DNA of 64,000 nt, from contig NIVC01000652.1 of assembly GCA_002269645.1 (NCBI GenBank), forward strand, positions 248,001 through 312,000. Direction: 5' to 3'. This stretch comes from Macrostomum lignano. Lineage: Eukaryota. Below, piece after piece: positions 25,742 to 51,700 of the stretch. The number at the start of each line of letters is the position of its first letter. Position 1 is the first letter of the stretch. Under the pieces are notes generated by a model that did not search any database, had not been told where the DNA came from, and worked only from the letters and a program-made list of their open reading frames with translations. The translations under genes and the position numbers were made by a program.

Positions 25742-26504
25742 TGCCGATAGACGGCAGGTGATTGTGAAGGCTACCGCGACTCAAGGCTCAATGGTTCCTC
25801 TTTTCTATACGCCAGCCTCCTTCTCTCCTCTCCACTCTCACTCCCCCATGCTGCCCTCTGGCTGAGCCAATCAGACTCGGCCTGCAATTTTGAATCGTGA
25901 AAAATGGATGGGCAATGAATATTTTTACATTGAGGCAGCCACAGCCGAAGGTAACAACAATAGGTGTTGGATGCTGGAAGCTGGGAGGCCTCGATGCCCC
26001 TCTGCCCATGACCTCCGAGGATGAATGAGCTGGCTGGTCCATTGTGCTCGGCGCCTGGAGACCAACAGTAAATAACCAAAACTCACCGGCCAGCGGCAGC
26101 CACAAGAGGCCGCATAAACCAGCAGGCTTTGGTCGGCCTGACTGATTTATTGGCGCGGCAAATCCCAAGCTGTTTACCCCCCCCCCCATCCTGGCGCGTG
26201 TTTTCGGTTTTGAGACTTTTTGTGCGCCGTGCGACGAAGTGCGGATGCACTTTAGGCCGGGCCGGCCGGCTGTCGCTTCAATTTCCTTTCGTCCGCTTCG
26301 ACGGCGTAGAGCGGAATTTCTGCTCTCCGCTGCCTCGCCCGCGCTGCGACTGCTGTTCGGCCCGGCTCACGAGCTCTGGCATGAATTTTCCTGTCTCTGG
26401 TCTCTGCTCTGAGCACTGGCATCACTGCCTCGGGCTAACTGATCTCACTATTGATAATGGGTTCTCAACAACACTCGGGCCTATTCACAGTTCTAAAACA
26501 CTGC

Positions 26505-26973
26505 CACTCTCAATCACCAACTCTAGCACACTGTCACTCTCACTCACCAACTCTAGCACACTGTCACTCTCACTCACCAACTCTAGCACACGGTCACTCT
26601 CACTCACCAGCTCTAGCTCACTGTCACTCTCACTCACCAACTCTAGCACACTGTCACTCTCACTCACCAACTCTAGCACACTGTCACTCTCACTCACCAA
26701 CTCTAGCTCACTGTCACTCTCACTCACCAACTCTAGCACACTGTCACTCTCACTCACCAACTCTAGCACACTGTCACTCTCACTCACCAACTCTAGCACA
26801 CTGTCACTCTCACTCACCAACTCTAGCTCACTGTCACTCTCACTCACTAACTCTAGCACACTGTCACTCTCACTCACCAACTCTAGCACACGGTCACTCT
26901 CACTCACCAACTCTAGCACACTGTCACTCTCACTCACCAACTCTAGCACACTGTCACTCTCACTCACCAACTC
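26505..26973. repeat. 30-bp minisatellite
   Basis: CTCTAGCACACTGTCACTCTCACTCACCAA units. Confidence 0.95.
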
Positions 26974-27785
26974 TATATGTCACTCGGCATCAGCAGAGGC
27001 TGGCAGGAGAAGCTTGGCTCTATCTTTGAATCTGGCTGCACTGCGCAGTCCCGGCTGTTCTCTCTGACTTTTTGATGCTCAGGCAGCTCTCTAAATCCAA
27101 TATTCTTTGTGCGAATAGGATATTGACAGCTCAGCTGTGCTTCTGTGCCGCCCGCCTCAGCGTCCTGTTGAGCTGCTCGCTGCTCAGAATGCGCGAGATA
27201 AAAAGGAGAAACAGTCGGCAGGGGGCTCACACCGGAGCCCCGGACGCGGCTGCAGATAAAAAAGGCTTCAAGGGAGTCATGTGCGGGCAGGGCCGCCCCG
27301 TCGGAATGATCAGCCTTCTGCCCCAAATCCCCTCCGCGTTCTTGTCAGTCGCCTGATAAAGTAATCTCTTTTTGCCTCGCCTTCTCCCGGGGAAAAACCG
27401 GGAGATTCGCCAAGCCCTTTGCAGCCCGGCGCTGCCCCCTGGAGACGCTCTGGACTCAATTATTGGGCTGCAGGGAGTCAGCGGGAGAGATTCTCAGTTG
27501 ACGCCATCGGATTTTTCACACGGAGGGATTTGAGCAATTTTTTATCGATTGAAGTTTCTTGCCAGGGCTGCTCACCTGGCTGATTAATTGTTCCTAATTT
27601 TAAACTTTCGCCCTGCTTTTCAAACCCGGTTTTGAAGCTCTCGCGGCAAATATGGAAATGAATTTGTTGCGCGAGAATCCAGAGCTCGATAATCCGGCAT
27701 CAAAAATTTTAATTGAATTTTTTATCTCTTACCAGAGCCAATGCAGTTTTTTCGCTAGGTTTACTTTTAATCTGCATAAAAACAA

Positions 27786-29255
27786 CCAGAGATGACAGCA
27801 CATTCACCATTCCACTGTCAGAGACATCAGCTAGCCAGAGATGACAGCACATACACCATTCCACTGTCAGAGACATCAGCTAGCCAGAGATGACAGCAAA
27901 TACACCATTCCACTGTCAGAGACATCAGCTAGCCAGAGATGACAGCACATTCACCATTCCACTGTCAGAGACATCAGCTAGCCAGAGATGACAGCACATA
28001 CACCATTCCACTGTCAGAGACATCAGCTAGCCAGAGATGACAGCAAATACACTATTCCACTGTCAGATGACATCAGCTAGCCAGAGATGACAGCACATAC
28101 ACCATTCCACTGTCAGAGACATCAGCTAGCCAGAGATGACAGCACATTCACCATTCCACTGTCAGAGACATCAGCTAGCCAGAGATGACAGCACATTCAC
28201 CATTCCACTGTCAGAGACATCAGCTAGCCAGAGATGACAGCACATTCACCATTCCACTGTCAGAGACATCAGCTAGCCAGAGATGACAGCACATTCACCA
28301 TTCCACTGTCAGAGACATCAGCTAGCCAGAGATGACAGCACATACACCATTCCACTGTCAGAGACATCAGCTAGCCAGAGATGACAGCAAATACACCATT
28401 CCACTGTCAGATGACATCAGCTAGCCAGAGATGACAGCACATTCACCATTCCTCTGTCAGAGATATCAGCTAGCCAGAGATGACAGCACATTCACCATTC
28501 CACTGTCAGATGACATCAGCTAGCCAGAGATGACAGCACAAGGACAATTCCACTGTCAGATTATATCAGCTAGCCAGAGATGACAGCACATACACAATTC
28601 CACTGTCAGATGACATCAGCTAGCCAGAGATGACAGCACATACACCATTCCACTGTCAGAGACATCAGCTAGCCAGAGATGACAGCAAATACACTATTCC
28701 ACTGTCAGAGACATCAGCTAGCCAGAGATGACAGCACATTCACCATTCCACTGTCAGATGACATCAGCTAGCCAGAGATGACAGCAAATACACCATTCCA
28801 CTGTCAGATGACATCAGCTAGCCAGAGATGACAGCAAATACACTATTCCACTGTCAGAGACATCAGCTAGCCAGAGATGACAGCACATTCACCATTCCAC
28901 TGTCAGAGACATCAGCTAGCCAGAGATGACAGCACATTCACCATTCCACTGTCAGAGACATCAGCTAGCCAGAGATGACAGCAAATACACTATTCCACTG
29001 TCAGAGACATCAGCTAGCCAGAGATGACAGCACATTCACCATTCCACTGTCAGAGACATCAGCTAGCCAGAGATGACAGCACATACACCATTCCACTGTC
29101 AGAGACATCAGCTAGCCAGAGATGACAGCACATACACCATTCCACTGTCAGGGACATCAGCTAGCCAGAGATGACAGCAAATACCCCATTCCACTGTCAG
29201 ATGACATCAGCTAGCCAGAGATGACAGCACAAATGACCATTCCAATGTCAGACAC
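27786..29255. repeat. 49-bp minisatellite, about 30 copies, with an internal TGACAG/CTGTCA inverted repeat
   Basis: CCAGAGATGACAGCACATTCACCATTCCACTGTCAGAGACATCAGCTAG units. Confidence 0.95.
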
Positions 29256-29458
29256 TTCAAAGCCTGCTCCGAATTCACGTCAAGGCAGCAACTATCTGAG
29301 CACTAAGAATGCCTCCGATGGCTGACCCAGCTGCAGCCATGACCGAAACAAAATAGGAGGACAAGAAAGCATAATTTATCAGACTGTCAAACCGAATGGA
29401 AAATGAAGGCTCGCTGCTGCAAATGAATATTTTATTTCCCACCAATCGCAGCCTTCGG

Positions 29459-31693
29459 TCACTTGGTGTGCTGGTACTCGTCTCTGGCGCTCAGACTCTT
29501 CATCACCTTATCGATTCGCTGCAGGAAGTCCTCCTGCGTCACGAACTGGCGGCCCTCGCGCAGCGCCGAGAACGCGGCCTCCTGGCAGATGAGCTTCAGC
29601 TCGGCGCCCGACGCTCCGTGCATTCGCTCGGCCACGGCGCGGAGACAGACGCCGCGCCCGAGGTTCATCCGTCGGGAGTGGATGCGCAGAATGTCAACCC
29701 GGCCGTCCAGGTTGGGCGGCGGGAAGAAAATCTTGCGGTCCACCCGGCCTGGCCGGATCAGGGCTTCGTCCAGGGTGTCGATGCGGTTGGTGGCCAGGAT
29801 CACCTGGGCGGGGATCAGGTGCGAGCCGGTGGCTAAGGACGGCTTTGAAGTTGCGTCTTAGGTAGAAAAAATGTCTTTACGACTGGCTTACGACTGTCCC
29901 TTTAGAACTGTTTTAGGGACAGTCTTGAGTACTGTATTAGTCTTACTGACTGTCTCAGGTAGACTACGAGTGTTTACAAATAAACTTAATGAATACCATA
30001 GATGACTGTCTCAGGGACTGTGCTAAGAACTGTCTCAGGGACTGTGCTAAGAACTGTCTCAGGGACTGTGCTGAGAACTGTCTCAGGTGCTGTGCTGAGA
30101 ACTGTCTCCTGGACTGTGCTGAGAACTGTCTCAGGTGCTGTGCTGAGAACTGTCTCATGGACTGTGCTGAGAACTGTCTCAGGGACTGTGCTGAGAACTG
30201 TCTCATGGACTGTGCTGAGAACTGTCTCATGGACTGTGCTGAGAACTGTCTCAAGGACTGTGCTAAGAACTGTCTCCTGGACTGTGCTGAGAACTGTCTC
30301 ATGGACTGTGCTGAGAACTGTCTCAGGGACTGTGCTGAGAACTGTCTCATGGACTGTGCTGAGAACTGTCTCAAGGACTGTGCTAAGAACTGTCTCAGGG
30401 ACTGTGCTGAGAACTGTCTCAGGGCTGTGCTGAGAACTGTCTCAGGGGCTGTGCTGAGAACTGTCTCAGGGCTGTGCTGAGAACTGTCTCAGGGTTGTGC
30501 TGAGAACTGTCTCAGTGGCTGTGCTGAAAACTGTCTCAGGGGCTGTGCTGAGAACTGTCTCAGGGACTGTGCTGAGAACTGTCTCAGGTGCTGTGCTGAG
30601 AACTGTCTCATGGACTGTGCTGAGAACTGTCTCAGGTGCTGTGCTGAGAGCTTTCTTTCACCAGAGTCCTCAACTAAGCACAGGTAGAGAGCGCCAACCT
30701 TGATGTTCTCAGCCGGCTCAAAGCCGTCCACCTGGTTGAGCAGCTCAATCATCGTGCGCTCGCAGGACGAGCCTCCTCCGCTGCTGTGGCTGCCGCCGCC
30801 ACCGTCCGACCGCTTGGTGCCGATGCTGTCCACCTCGTCCAAGAAGATGATGGACGGCGCCTTCTGTCTGGCCAGGATGAACAGCTCCCGCATGAGGCGG
30901 GCGCCTTCGCCGATGTACTTCTGCACCAGCTCGGTGCCCGACAGCTTGAAGAAGGCGCACTTGGTGTGGTGGGCCACCGCCCTGGCCAGCATGGTCTTGC
31001 CGGTGCCCGGCGGCCCGTACAGCAGCACGCCCTTCGGCTGCGAGATGCCCAGCGAGGTGAATAGCTCCGGGTGCAGGATGGGCAGTTCAACGACCTCCTT
31101 GATCTCACGAATCTGCCGTTCCAGGCCGCCGATCATCTCGTAGGTGGACTCCGTGTCCTTCTGCACCAGCATCAGCGCCACCAGCGGGTCCTGGACATCT
31201 GGGAACACCCGGTAGATCTCCATGCCGCCGGTCGGGTGAACCGGATGCCCACTTTGCAGTTGGGCCGAATTTTGTCAGCCAGCGGAAGCCGCTCTCTGAG
31301 CGTCACCACGAAGCTCTCGCTGCCGAGCTTGATGCGGACCATCTGGCGGCCCAAAACGGACTGCACCAGCGCCACGTACCTTGGCGAGTCCTCGAGCTTC
31401 TCAGCGACGGTCTCGAGCTGTTTGAGGTAGCGCAGCTTGTGCTTGGCGAGCTGCTCAAGTACGCTCAGTCGGTAGCTGCAGTGGTTCAGGCTGAGGTTGG
31501 CGTCCACGATTTTGTGCCGCATGTACAGCCGGAACAGGTCGGTGCCGCACTGCACTGCCGCTCCGCCCGGGTTGAAACAGTCGGCTTCCAGGGTGGACGA
31601 GCTGGCGTCCTCGGTGCGAAAGGCCTCGCGCTCCGGCGCGTTCACGTCCGGCCGTGGCAGGCCGCAGGACCGGCCACTCCACAAGTCGGACAT
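29459..31693 (-). CDS. PSMC5: 26S proteasome AAA-ATPase Rpt6/PSMC5-like divergent paralog, 2 exons, one apparent 1-nt frameshift near 31233
   Basis: Exons 31693-30699 and 29803-29459 (AAG|gttggc ... cccag|GTG). Contains [18 protein letters not shown], Walker [18 protein letters not shown] (Rpt6 signature), pore loop KYIGEG, Walker B IIFLDE, ATNR, arginine finger RPGRVDRKI. The N-terminal coiled-coil/OB part is in a different frame upstream of 31233. Confidence 0.85.
30005..30650. repeat. 24-bp minisatellite in the intron of the Rpt6-like gene
   Basis: CTGTGCTGAGAACTGTCTCAGGGA units. Confidence 0.95.
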
Positions 31694-32191
31694 GAGGATC
31701 GGGCGGCGGTTCGAACAATCCGAGATTCGATATCCTTTTTGCCAGCCTTTGTGACACTTTTGTGAGTACTTCGGATCCTCTTGTGAGCATGAAATATCAA
31801 TGAGAGAAAGAAAGAATCAATCTGATCTGCAACTCGCTGCGAAATGTCTGTGGCCGAGGCAGCCCGCTCGAGACATGAAATTGATCGGCTGCTCGCATAC
31901 TGAAGAGGTTTTAAAGTACAATGAAAAGGTTGAAGCTTCCAACAATGTTTTGATCCTCATGAACAGGAGCAGAACTGCGGGGAGCTGCATCTCACGGGAT
32001 GTCTTTGGATCGATTCTGCACGATGCAACACAAATCAGGGGGCTCGTGCTCCAGAGTCCAGCGATTCACGACTAGAGGACCAGACCTCAGGGCACGGAGA
32101 GTGCATTCCTGCTGATAGACACTCAGGGGCACTACGATCGTACACCCAGTGTGAGCGTCTGCCTGCAATGCATGTAGCTCGTAAGCAACTG

Positions 32192-32588
32192 ACTATCAGA
32201 CACATGGATAACTAACTATCAGACACATGGATAACTAACTATCAGACACATAGATAACTAACTATCAGATGCATGGATAACTAACTATCAGACACATGGA
32301 TAACTAACTATCAGACACGTGGATAACTAACTATCAGACACATGGATAACTAACTATCAGACACGTGGATAACTAACTATCAGATGCATGGATAACTAAC
32401 TATCAGACACATGGATAACTAACTATCAGACACATGGATATCTAACTATCAGACACATGGATAACTAACTATCAGACACATGGATAACTAACTATCAGAC
32501 ACATGGATAACTAACTATCAGACACATGGATAACTAATTATATCAGACACATGGATAACTAACTATCAGACACATGGATAACTAACTA
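32192..32588. repeat. 23-bp minisatellite
   Basis: ACTATCAGACACATGGATAACTA units. Confidence 0.95.
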
Positions 32589-33168
32589 GTCCTTGATAAC
32601 ACAATCAGTGCTTCTGCATGTAACCACAATGCTTTCCGTACTATCCATTTTCCTGTGCATGACTGTTTAAGTTAGCTGCTATAAAGCTGAGCTTGTTTAA
32701 ATCAAGGGGTTGTCTTACGAAAACGCAGCAGAAACAATCTTTCACAGAAGCTTTGTAGTAAACGACATGGTCGAGCGTCTACGTGTAATGAAATCTCCCC
32801 AACGGAGAAACGCCAGAAGAAAAATATCCGTTATTCGTGTTTTAATTCGCCTTCAAAGTAAAGCGCAAGATAAGTAAGTGATAAAAGTCGGTCGCAGAGA
32901 TCCCGCCCGATCGAGCCCCAGTCGCAGAAATACTTAGCAAACAAAAATTCTTGAATTCGTTAAAAAAAGTCACAGCAAAAACCAGTCGGGAGAAAAAAAC
33001 AGTCGGGAGAAAAATCCCGCGGACTCGGGAGCCCCCAGAGGTCACCAGCGACTGCATTTTACTCCTAGCATTCGGGTAGAAGGTTCAGCTGTTTGGCCGC
33101 AAAGTCAATGGACGAAAATCTGCGAGGTTAAAAATCTGTACCGCTGGTCCTGTTGCGCTCTCTCCCTG

Positions 33169-45698
<12,530 letters not shown>

Positions 45699-46736
45699 CT
45701 AGGGACGGGCGACGGGGGGGTAGCTTTGGTTGCCATGCGGTTGCTAACCGGCTTCTCAAGAAGACTTTTACTCTAGATATGATCCCCTGGGGTTGCCATG
45801 GGGTTGCTAACTCGTTTCTAGGAGCTGGTTAGACATCAAAGAGATCTGTGGACTAAAAAACGAGAGTATGAAGTTGAGTTAATGAGGCACGCAGTCGTGA
45901 GCAGGGGAGCAGGGAAACACTCACCCATCCAGATATCTTCTGGAAGCAACCAGCTAATATGGCAATTACTTCTTCTAGTTACCAAGTTCGAATATTCTAT
46001 TCTGGCTCAGCATGGCTTCGTTTCTCCGCCTCTGTCTGCTTCTGCGGCAACAGCAGAAGCGGCAATGAATTTCTCGGCTTTTCAACAGTCAGCTTGTTGA
46101 AAGCAAACAGAGAGCTGCTCTCCCCAGGCTGCCGGGTTGAGCTCCAGACTCAGAAGCGACAAGTGAAAGCTGCATGTTTTAACTAGAATAAAAAGCCAAA
46201 TAGAGAGCCGAAAAACCTTTGCTTCTGGCTTTTCTCTTTTTCTGCCTCTGCGCAGCAGAATATGCGCAAGCAGCAGGGTTTAGAATGGGCTGAGCAGGGA
46301 AGTCTGTTTGCTCTGTGAGGGTTTGCAGGTGCTTGTGTCTTGACTGTCCCGGCCCGGCTCCCAGCCATCTGTGCCTCTCCTTGCCTGATGCCCAGAGTCT
46401 GTCTTCGCGTCCCCCGGGAAATCCTACAGAAGACAATGCATGCTTTTTCCGCATCCACCCGATTAGAATTCTGCGTTTTCCTGGTTGACGCTCCGCTTCT
46501 TGGCTCTTAGGAAGTTCCTTTGTTGAAAGATGCAGTCTTGGGAATGGCAAGAAAAGTGAAAAAGCTTGTTCACGGGGTTCTCGGCACTCCATGTGCCACT
46601 CCATATTTCTTTTCAGCGTGATTTTTCGGCTCCTATCTCCGCTCTGGTGCCGCAGTCGGTGGGTTCGATTCCCGTTTCATTTTTAAGGCTCATCGATCAG
46701 GGGCCTGTTGTGCTTTTCTCACCCATGAGTGCCAGC

Positions 46737-47642
46737 CTCCGAGGCACAGAGAGTGTGCATGGTTGTGACCCTGTCTCCGAGGCACAGAGAGTGTGCATGG
46801 TTGTGACCCTGTCTCCGAGGCACAGAGAGTGTGCATGGTTGTGACCCTGTCTCCGAGGCACAGAGAGTGTGCATGGTTGTGACCCTGTCTCCGAGGCACA
46901 GAGAGTGTGCATGGTTGTGACCCTGTCTCCGAGGCACAGAGAGTGTGCATGGTTGTGACCCTGTCTCCGAGGCACAGAGAGTGTGCATGGTTGTGACCCT
47001 GTCTCCGAGGCACAGAGAGTGTGCATGGTTGTGACCCTGTCTCCGAGGCACAGAGAGTGTGCATGGTTGATGATGACCCTGTCTCCGAGGCACAGAGAGT
47101 GTGCATGGTTGTGACCCTGTCTCCGAGGCACAGAGAGTGTGCATGGTTGATGATGACCCTGTCTCCGAGGCACAGAGAGTGTGCATGGTTGTGACCCTGT
47201 CTCCGAGGCACAGAGAGTGTGCATGGTTGATGATGACCCTGTCTCCGAGGCACAAAGAGTGTGCATGGTTGTGACCCTGTCTCCGAGGCACAAAGAGTGT
47301 GCATGGTTGTGACCCTGTCTCCGAGGCACAAAGAGTGTGCATGGTTGTGACCCTGTCTCCGAGGCACAAAGAGTGTGCATGGTTGTGACCCTGTCTCCGA
47401 GGCACAGAGAGTGTGCATGGTTGATGATGACCCTGTCTCCGAGGCACAGAGAGTGTGCATGGTTGATGATGACCCTGTCTCCGAGGCACAGAGAGTGTGC
47501 ATGGTTGATGATGACCCTGTCTCCGAGGCACAGAGAGTGTGTATGGTTGTGACCCTGTCTCCGAGGCACAGAGAGTGTGCATGGTTGATGATGACCCTGT
47601 CTCCGAGGCACAGAGAGTGTGCATGGTTGATGATGACCCTGT
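46737..47642. repeat. 38/42-bp minisatellite
   Basis: GACCCTGTCTCCGAGGCACAGAGAGTGTGCATGGTTGT with a GATGAT length variant. Confidence 0.95.
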
Positions 47643-47814
47643 GTGAGCTGTGAGCGCCTGCATGCGGACTAACTGTCGCCGTGACGAGGACTTCATTAGC
47701 CAGTTTATTCATCGCTACATCTGGCACTTCAGCATGTCACTCTCTTTGTCACTCTTTTGGCGCTTTGTCTGTCACTTTTCTTATCGCTCTAAATGTCACC
47801 CTATCTGCATCACT

Positions 47815-48140
47815 CTATGTACTCTGTGTATTACATCATGTATCACTGTGTATTATATCATGTATCACTGTGTATTACATCATGTATCACTGTGTATTAC
47901 ATCATGTATCACTGTGTATTACATCATGTATCACTGTGTATTACATCATGTATCACTGTGTATTACATCATGTATTACTGTGTATTACATCATGTATCAC
48001 TGTGTATTACATCATGTATCACTCTGTGTATCACTCTATGCATCACTCTGTGTATCGCTCTGTGTAACACTCTATGGATCACTCTAATGTATCACTTTAT
48101 GTGTCGCTCTATGTATCACTCGATCTGTCACTCTGTCTGT
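47815..48140. repeat. 22-bp minisatellite
   Basis: TATTACATCATGTATCACTGTG units decaying at the ends. Confidence 0.9.
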
Positions 48141-48747
48141 CACTCTATAACTTTGAATCGGTAGATGAGTCATAAATGTCTGGCTCTGTACTTGTCATTC
48201 GTACCTGCACAGAACAAATTTACGGGCCAAATGTTGTTTCCCAGTGATCGATAGGAAATTAATTCAGCCTCCCAAGCAGCTCCTCACGGATGAGCATCGA
48301 AATTAATTTTTTTTGTCGCATTGTCTTCTTCGTCAATGAGGCTGAAAAATCCGCTCTAATTGTAAAAAATCCGCCTCCGTGGGAATTTTAAAAAAGCGTA
48401 CGGAATTGTCGCCTTTTTCTCCCACCCCCTCCCCTCCTTCAGATCCAGCGTCCCTCAGCATCTCCTCATCCTCCTCTTCCCATCGTCTCCATTCTCCCCT
48501 CGGCTCTGGCCCCCTTATCTCTGTTGCCAGGGGCAACTGGCGCCACCGGCTGAATGTCGCCTTCCAGCGCAGCCGCCCCCCCCGCCACTTCGCTCCATTT
48601 CTCTTTTCCACTGTTCAGCATGCCGTCTTAATTGGGACTGCCGGGCCGCGGAGCCCGACGCCCGCCTTGCCTTTCCATTTTTGTGCTGATAGAGGAACTC
48701 AGCTGTTTCTAAAATGTAGATCTGCATCAACAGATTGATGTAAAGAC

Positions 48748-51700
48748 AGATGGAGTGATGGATAGAGTGATGGATGGAGTGATGGATAGAGTGATGGATA
48801 GAGTGATAGATAGGGTGATGGATGGAGTGATGGATGGAGTGATGGATAGGGTGATGGATGGAGTGATGGATAGAGTGATAGATAGGGTGATGGATGGAGT
48901 GCTGGATGGAGTGATGGATGGAGTGATGGATGGAGTGATAGATGGAGTGATGGATGGAGTGATGCATGGAGTGATGGATAGAGTGATAGATAGGGTGATG
49001 GATGGAGTGATGGATGGAGTGATGGATGGAGTGATGGATGGAGTGATGGATGGAGTGATGCATGGAGTGATGGATAGAGTGATAGATAGGGTGATGGATG
49101 GAGTGATGGATGGAGTGATGGATGGAGTGATGGATAGAGTGATGGATGGAGTGATGGATGGAGTGATGGATAGAGTGATGGATAGAGTGATGGATGGAGT
49201 GATAGATAGGGTGATGGATGGAGTGATGCATGGAGTGATGCATGGAGTGATGCATGGAGTGATGAATAGAGTGGAGTAATGGATAGAGTGATGGATAGAG
49301 TGATGGATGGAGTGCTGGATGGAGTGATGGATAGAGTGATGGATGGAGTGATGGATGGAGTGATGGATAGAGTGATGGATGGAGTGATAGATAGGGTGAT
49401 GGATGGAGTGATGGATATAGTGATGGATGGAGTGATGGATGGAGTGATGGATGGAGTGATGGATAGAGTGATGGATAGAGTGATGGATGGAGTGATAGAT
49501 AGGGTTATGGATGGAGTGATGCATGGAGTGATGCATGGAGTGATGTATGGAGTGATGAATAGAGTGGAGTAATGGATAGAGTGATGGATAGAGTGATGGA
49601 TGGAGTGATGGATAGAGTGATGGATGGAGTGTAGGATGGAGTGATGGATAGAGTGATGGATGGAGTGTAGGATGGAGTGATGGATAGAGTGATGGATGGA
49701 GTGATGGATAGAGTGATGGATGGAGTGATGGATGGAGTGATAGATAGGGTGATGGATGGAGTGATGCATGGAGTGATGGATGGAGTGATGGATAGAGTGA
49801 TGGATAGAGTGATGAATGGAGTGATGGATGGAGTGATGGATGGAGTGATGGATGGAGTGATGGATGGAGTGATGGATAGTAATGGAAAGAGTGATGGATG
49901 GAGTGATGGATGGAGTGATGGATAGAGTGATGGATAGAGTGATGGATGGAGTGATGGATGGAGTGATGGATGGAGTGATGGATGGAGTGATGGATAGAGT
50001 GATGGATGGAGTGATGGATGGAGTGATGGATGGAGTGATGGATGGAGTGATGGATGGAGTGATGGATAGAGTGATGGATAGAGTGATGGATGGAGTGATG
50101 GATGGAGTGATGGATGGAGTGATGGATGGAGTGATGGATAGAGTGATGGATGAAGTGATGGATGGAGTGATGGATGGAGTGATGGATAGTAATGGAAAGA
50201 GTGATGGATAGAGTGATGGATGGAGTGATGGATGGAGTGATGGATGGAGTGATGGATGGAGTGATGGATGGAGTGATGGATGGAGTGATGGATGGAGTGA
50301 TGGATAGAGTGATGGATAGAGTGATGGATGGAGTGATGGATGGAGTGATGGATGGAGTGATGGATAGTAATGGAAAGAGTGATGGATGGAGTGATGGATG
50401 GAGTGATGGATGGAGTGATGGATGGAGTGATGGATGGAGTGATGGATAGAGTGATGGATAGAGTGATGGATGGAGTGATGGATGGAGTGATGGATGGAGT
50501 GATGGATGGATTGATGGATAGAGTGATGGATAGAGTGATGGATGGAGTGATGGATGGAGTGATGGATAGAGTGATGGATGGAGTGATGGATGGAGTGATG
50601 GATGGAGTGATGGATGGAGTGATGGATAGAGTGATGGATGGAGTGATGGATGGAGTGATGGATGGAGTGATGGATGGAGTGATGGATGGAGTGATGGATA
50701 GAGTGATGGATAGAGTGATGGATGGAGTGATGGATGGAGTGATGGATGGAGTGATGGATGGAGTGATGGATAGAGTGATGGATGAAGTGATGGATGGAGT
50801 GATGGATGGAGTGATGGATAGTAATGGAAAGAGTGATGGATAGAGTGATGGATGGAGTGATGGATGGAGTGATGGATGGAGTGATGGATGGAGTGATGGA
50901 TGGAGTGATGGATGGAGTGATGGATGGAGTGATGGATGGAGTGATGGATGGAGTGATGGATAGAGTGATGGATGGAGTGATGGATGGAGTGATGGATGGA
51001 GTGATGGATGGAGTGATGGATGGAGTGATGCATGGAGTGATGGATAGAGTGATAGATAGGGTGATGGATGGAGTGATGGATGGAGTGATGGATGGAGTGA
51101 TGGATAGAGTGATGGATGGAGTGATGGATGGAGTGATGGATAGAGTGATGGATAGAGTGATGGATGGAGTGATAGATAGGGTGATGGATGGAGTGATGCA
51201 TGGAGTGATGCATGGAGTGATGCATGGAGTGATGAATAGAGTGGAGTAATGGATAGAGTGATGGATAGAGTGATGGATGGAGTGCTGGATGGAGTGATGG
51301 ATAGAGTGATGGATGGAGTGATGGATGGAGTGATGGATAGAGTGATGGATGGAGTGATAGATAGGGTGATGGATGGAGTGATGGATATAGTGATGGATGG
51401 AGTGATGGATGGAGTGATGGATGGAGTGATGGATAGAGTGATGGATAGAGTGATGGATGGAGTGATAGATAGGGTTATGGATGGAGTGATGCATGGAGTG
51501 ATGCATGGAGTGATGTATGGAGTGATGAATAGAGTGGAGTAATGGATAGAGTGATGGATAGAGTGATGGATGGAGTGATGGATAGAGTGATGGATGGAGT
51601 GTAGGATGGAGTGATGGATAGAGTGATGGATGGAGTGTAGGATGGAGTGATGGATAGAGTGATGGATGGAGTGATGGATAGAGTGATGGATGGAGTGATG

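Noticed and set aside
13602-29255. 60-, 47-, 64- and 49-bp arrays as possible CRISPR arrays
   Set aside because: Units are contiguous with no unique spacers, no cas genes are present, and the context is eukaryotic.
31216-31254. A 35-nt GT..AG mini-intron that would restore the Rpt6-like frame
   Set aside because: It would delete VGIRFT..GGME, which aligns with the conserved VALRNDSYTL-type segment of Rpt6. A one-base indel explains the data better.
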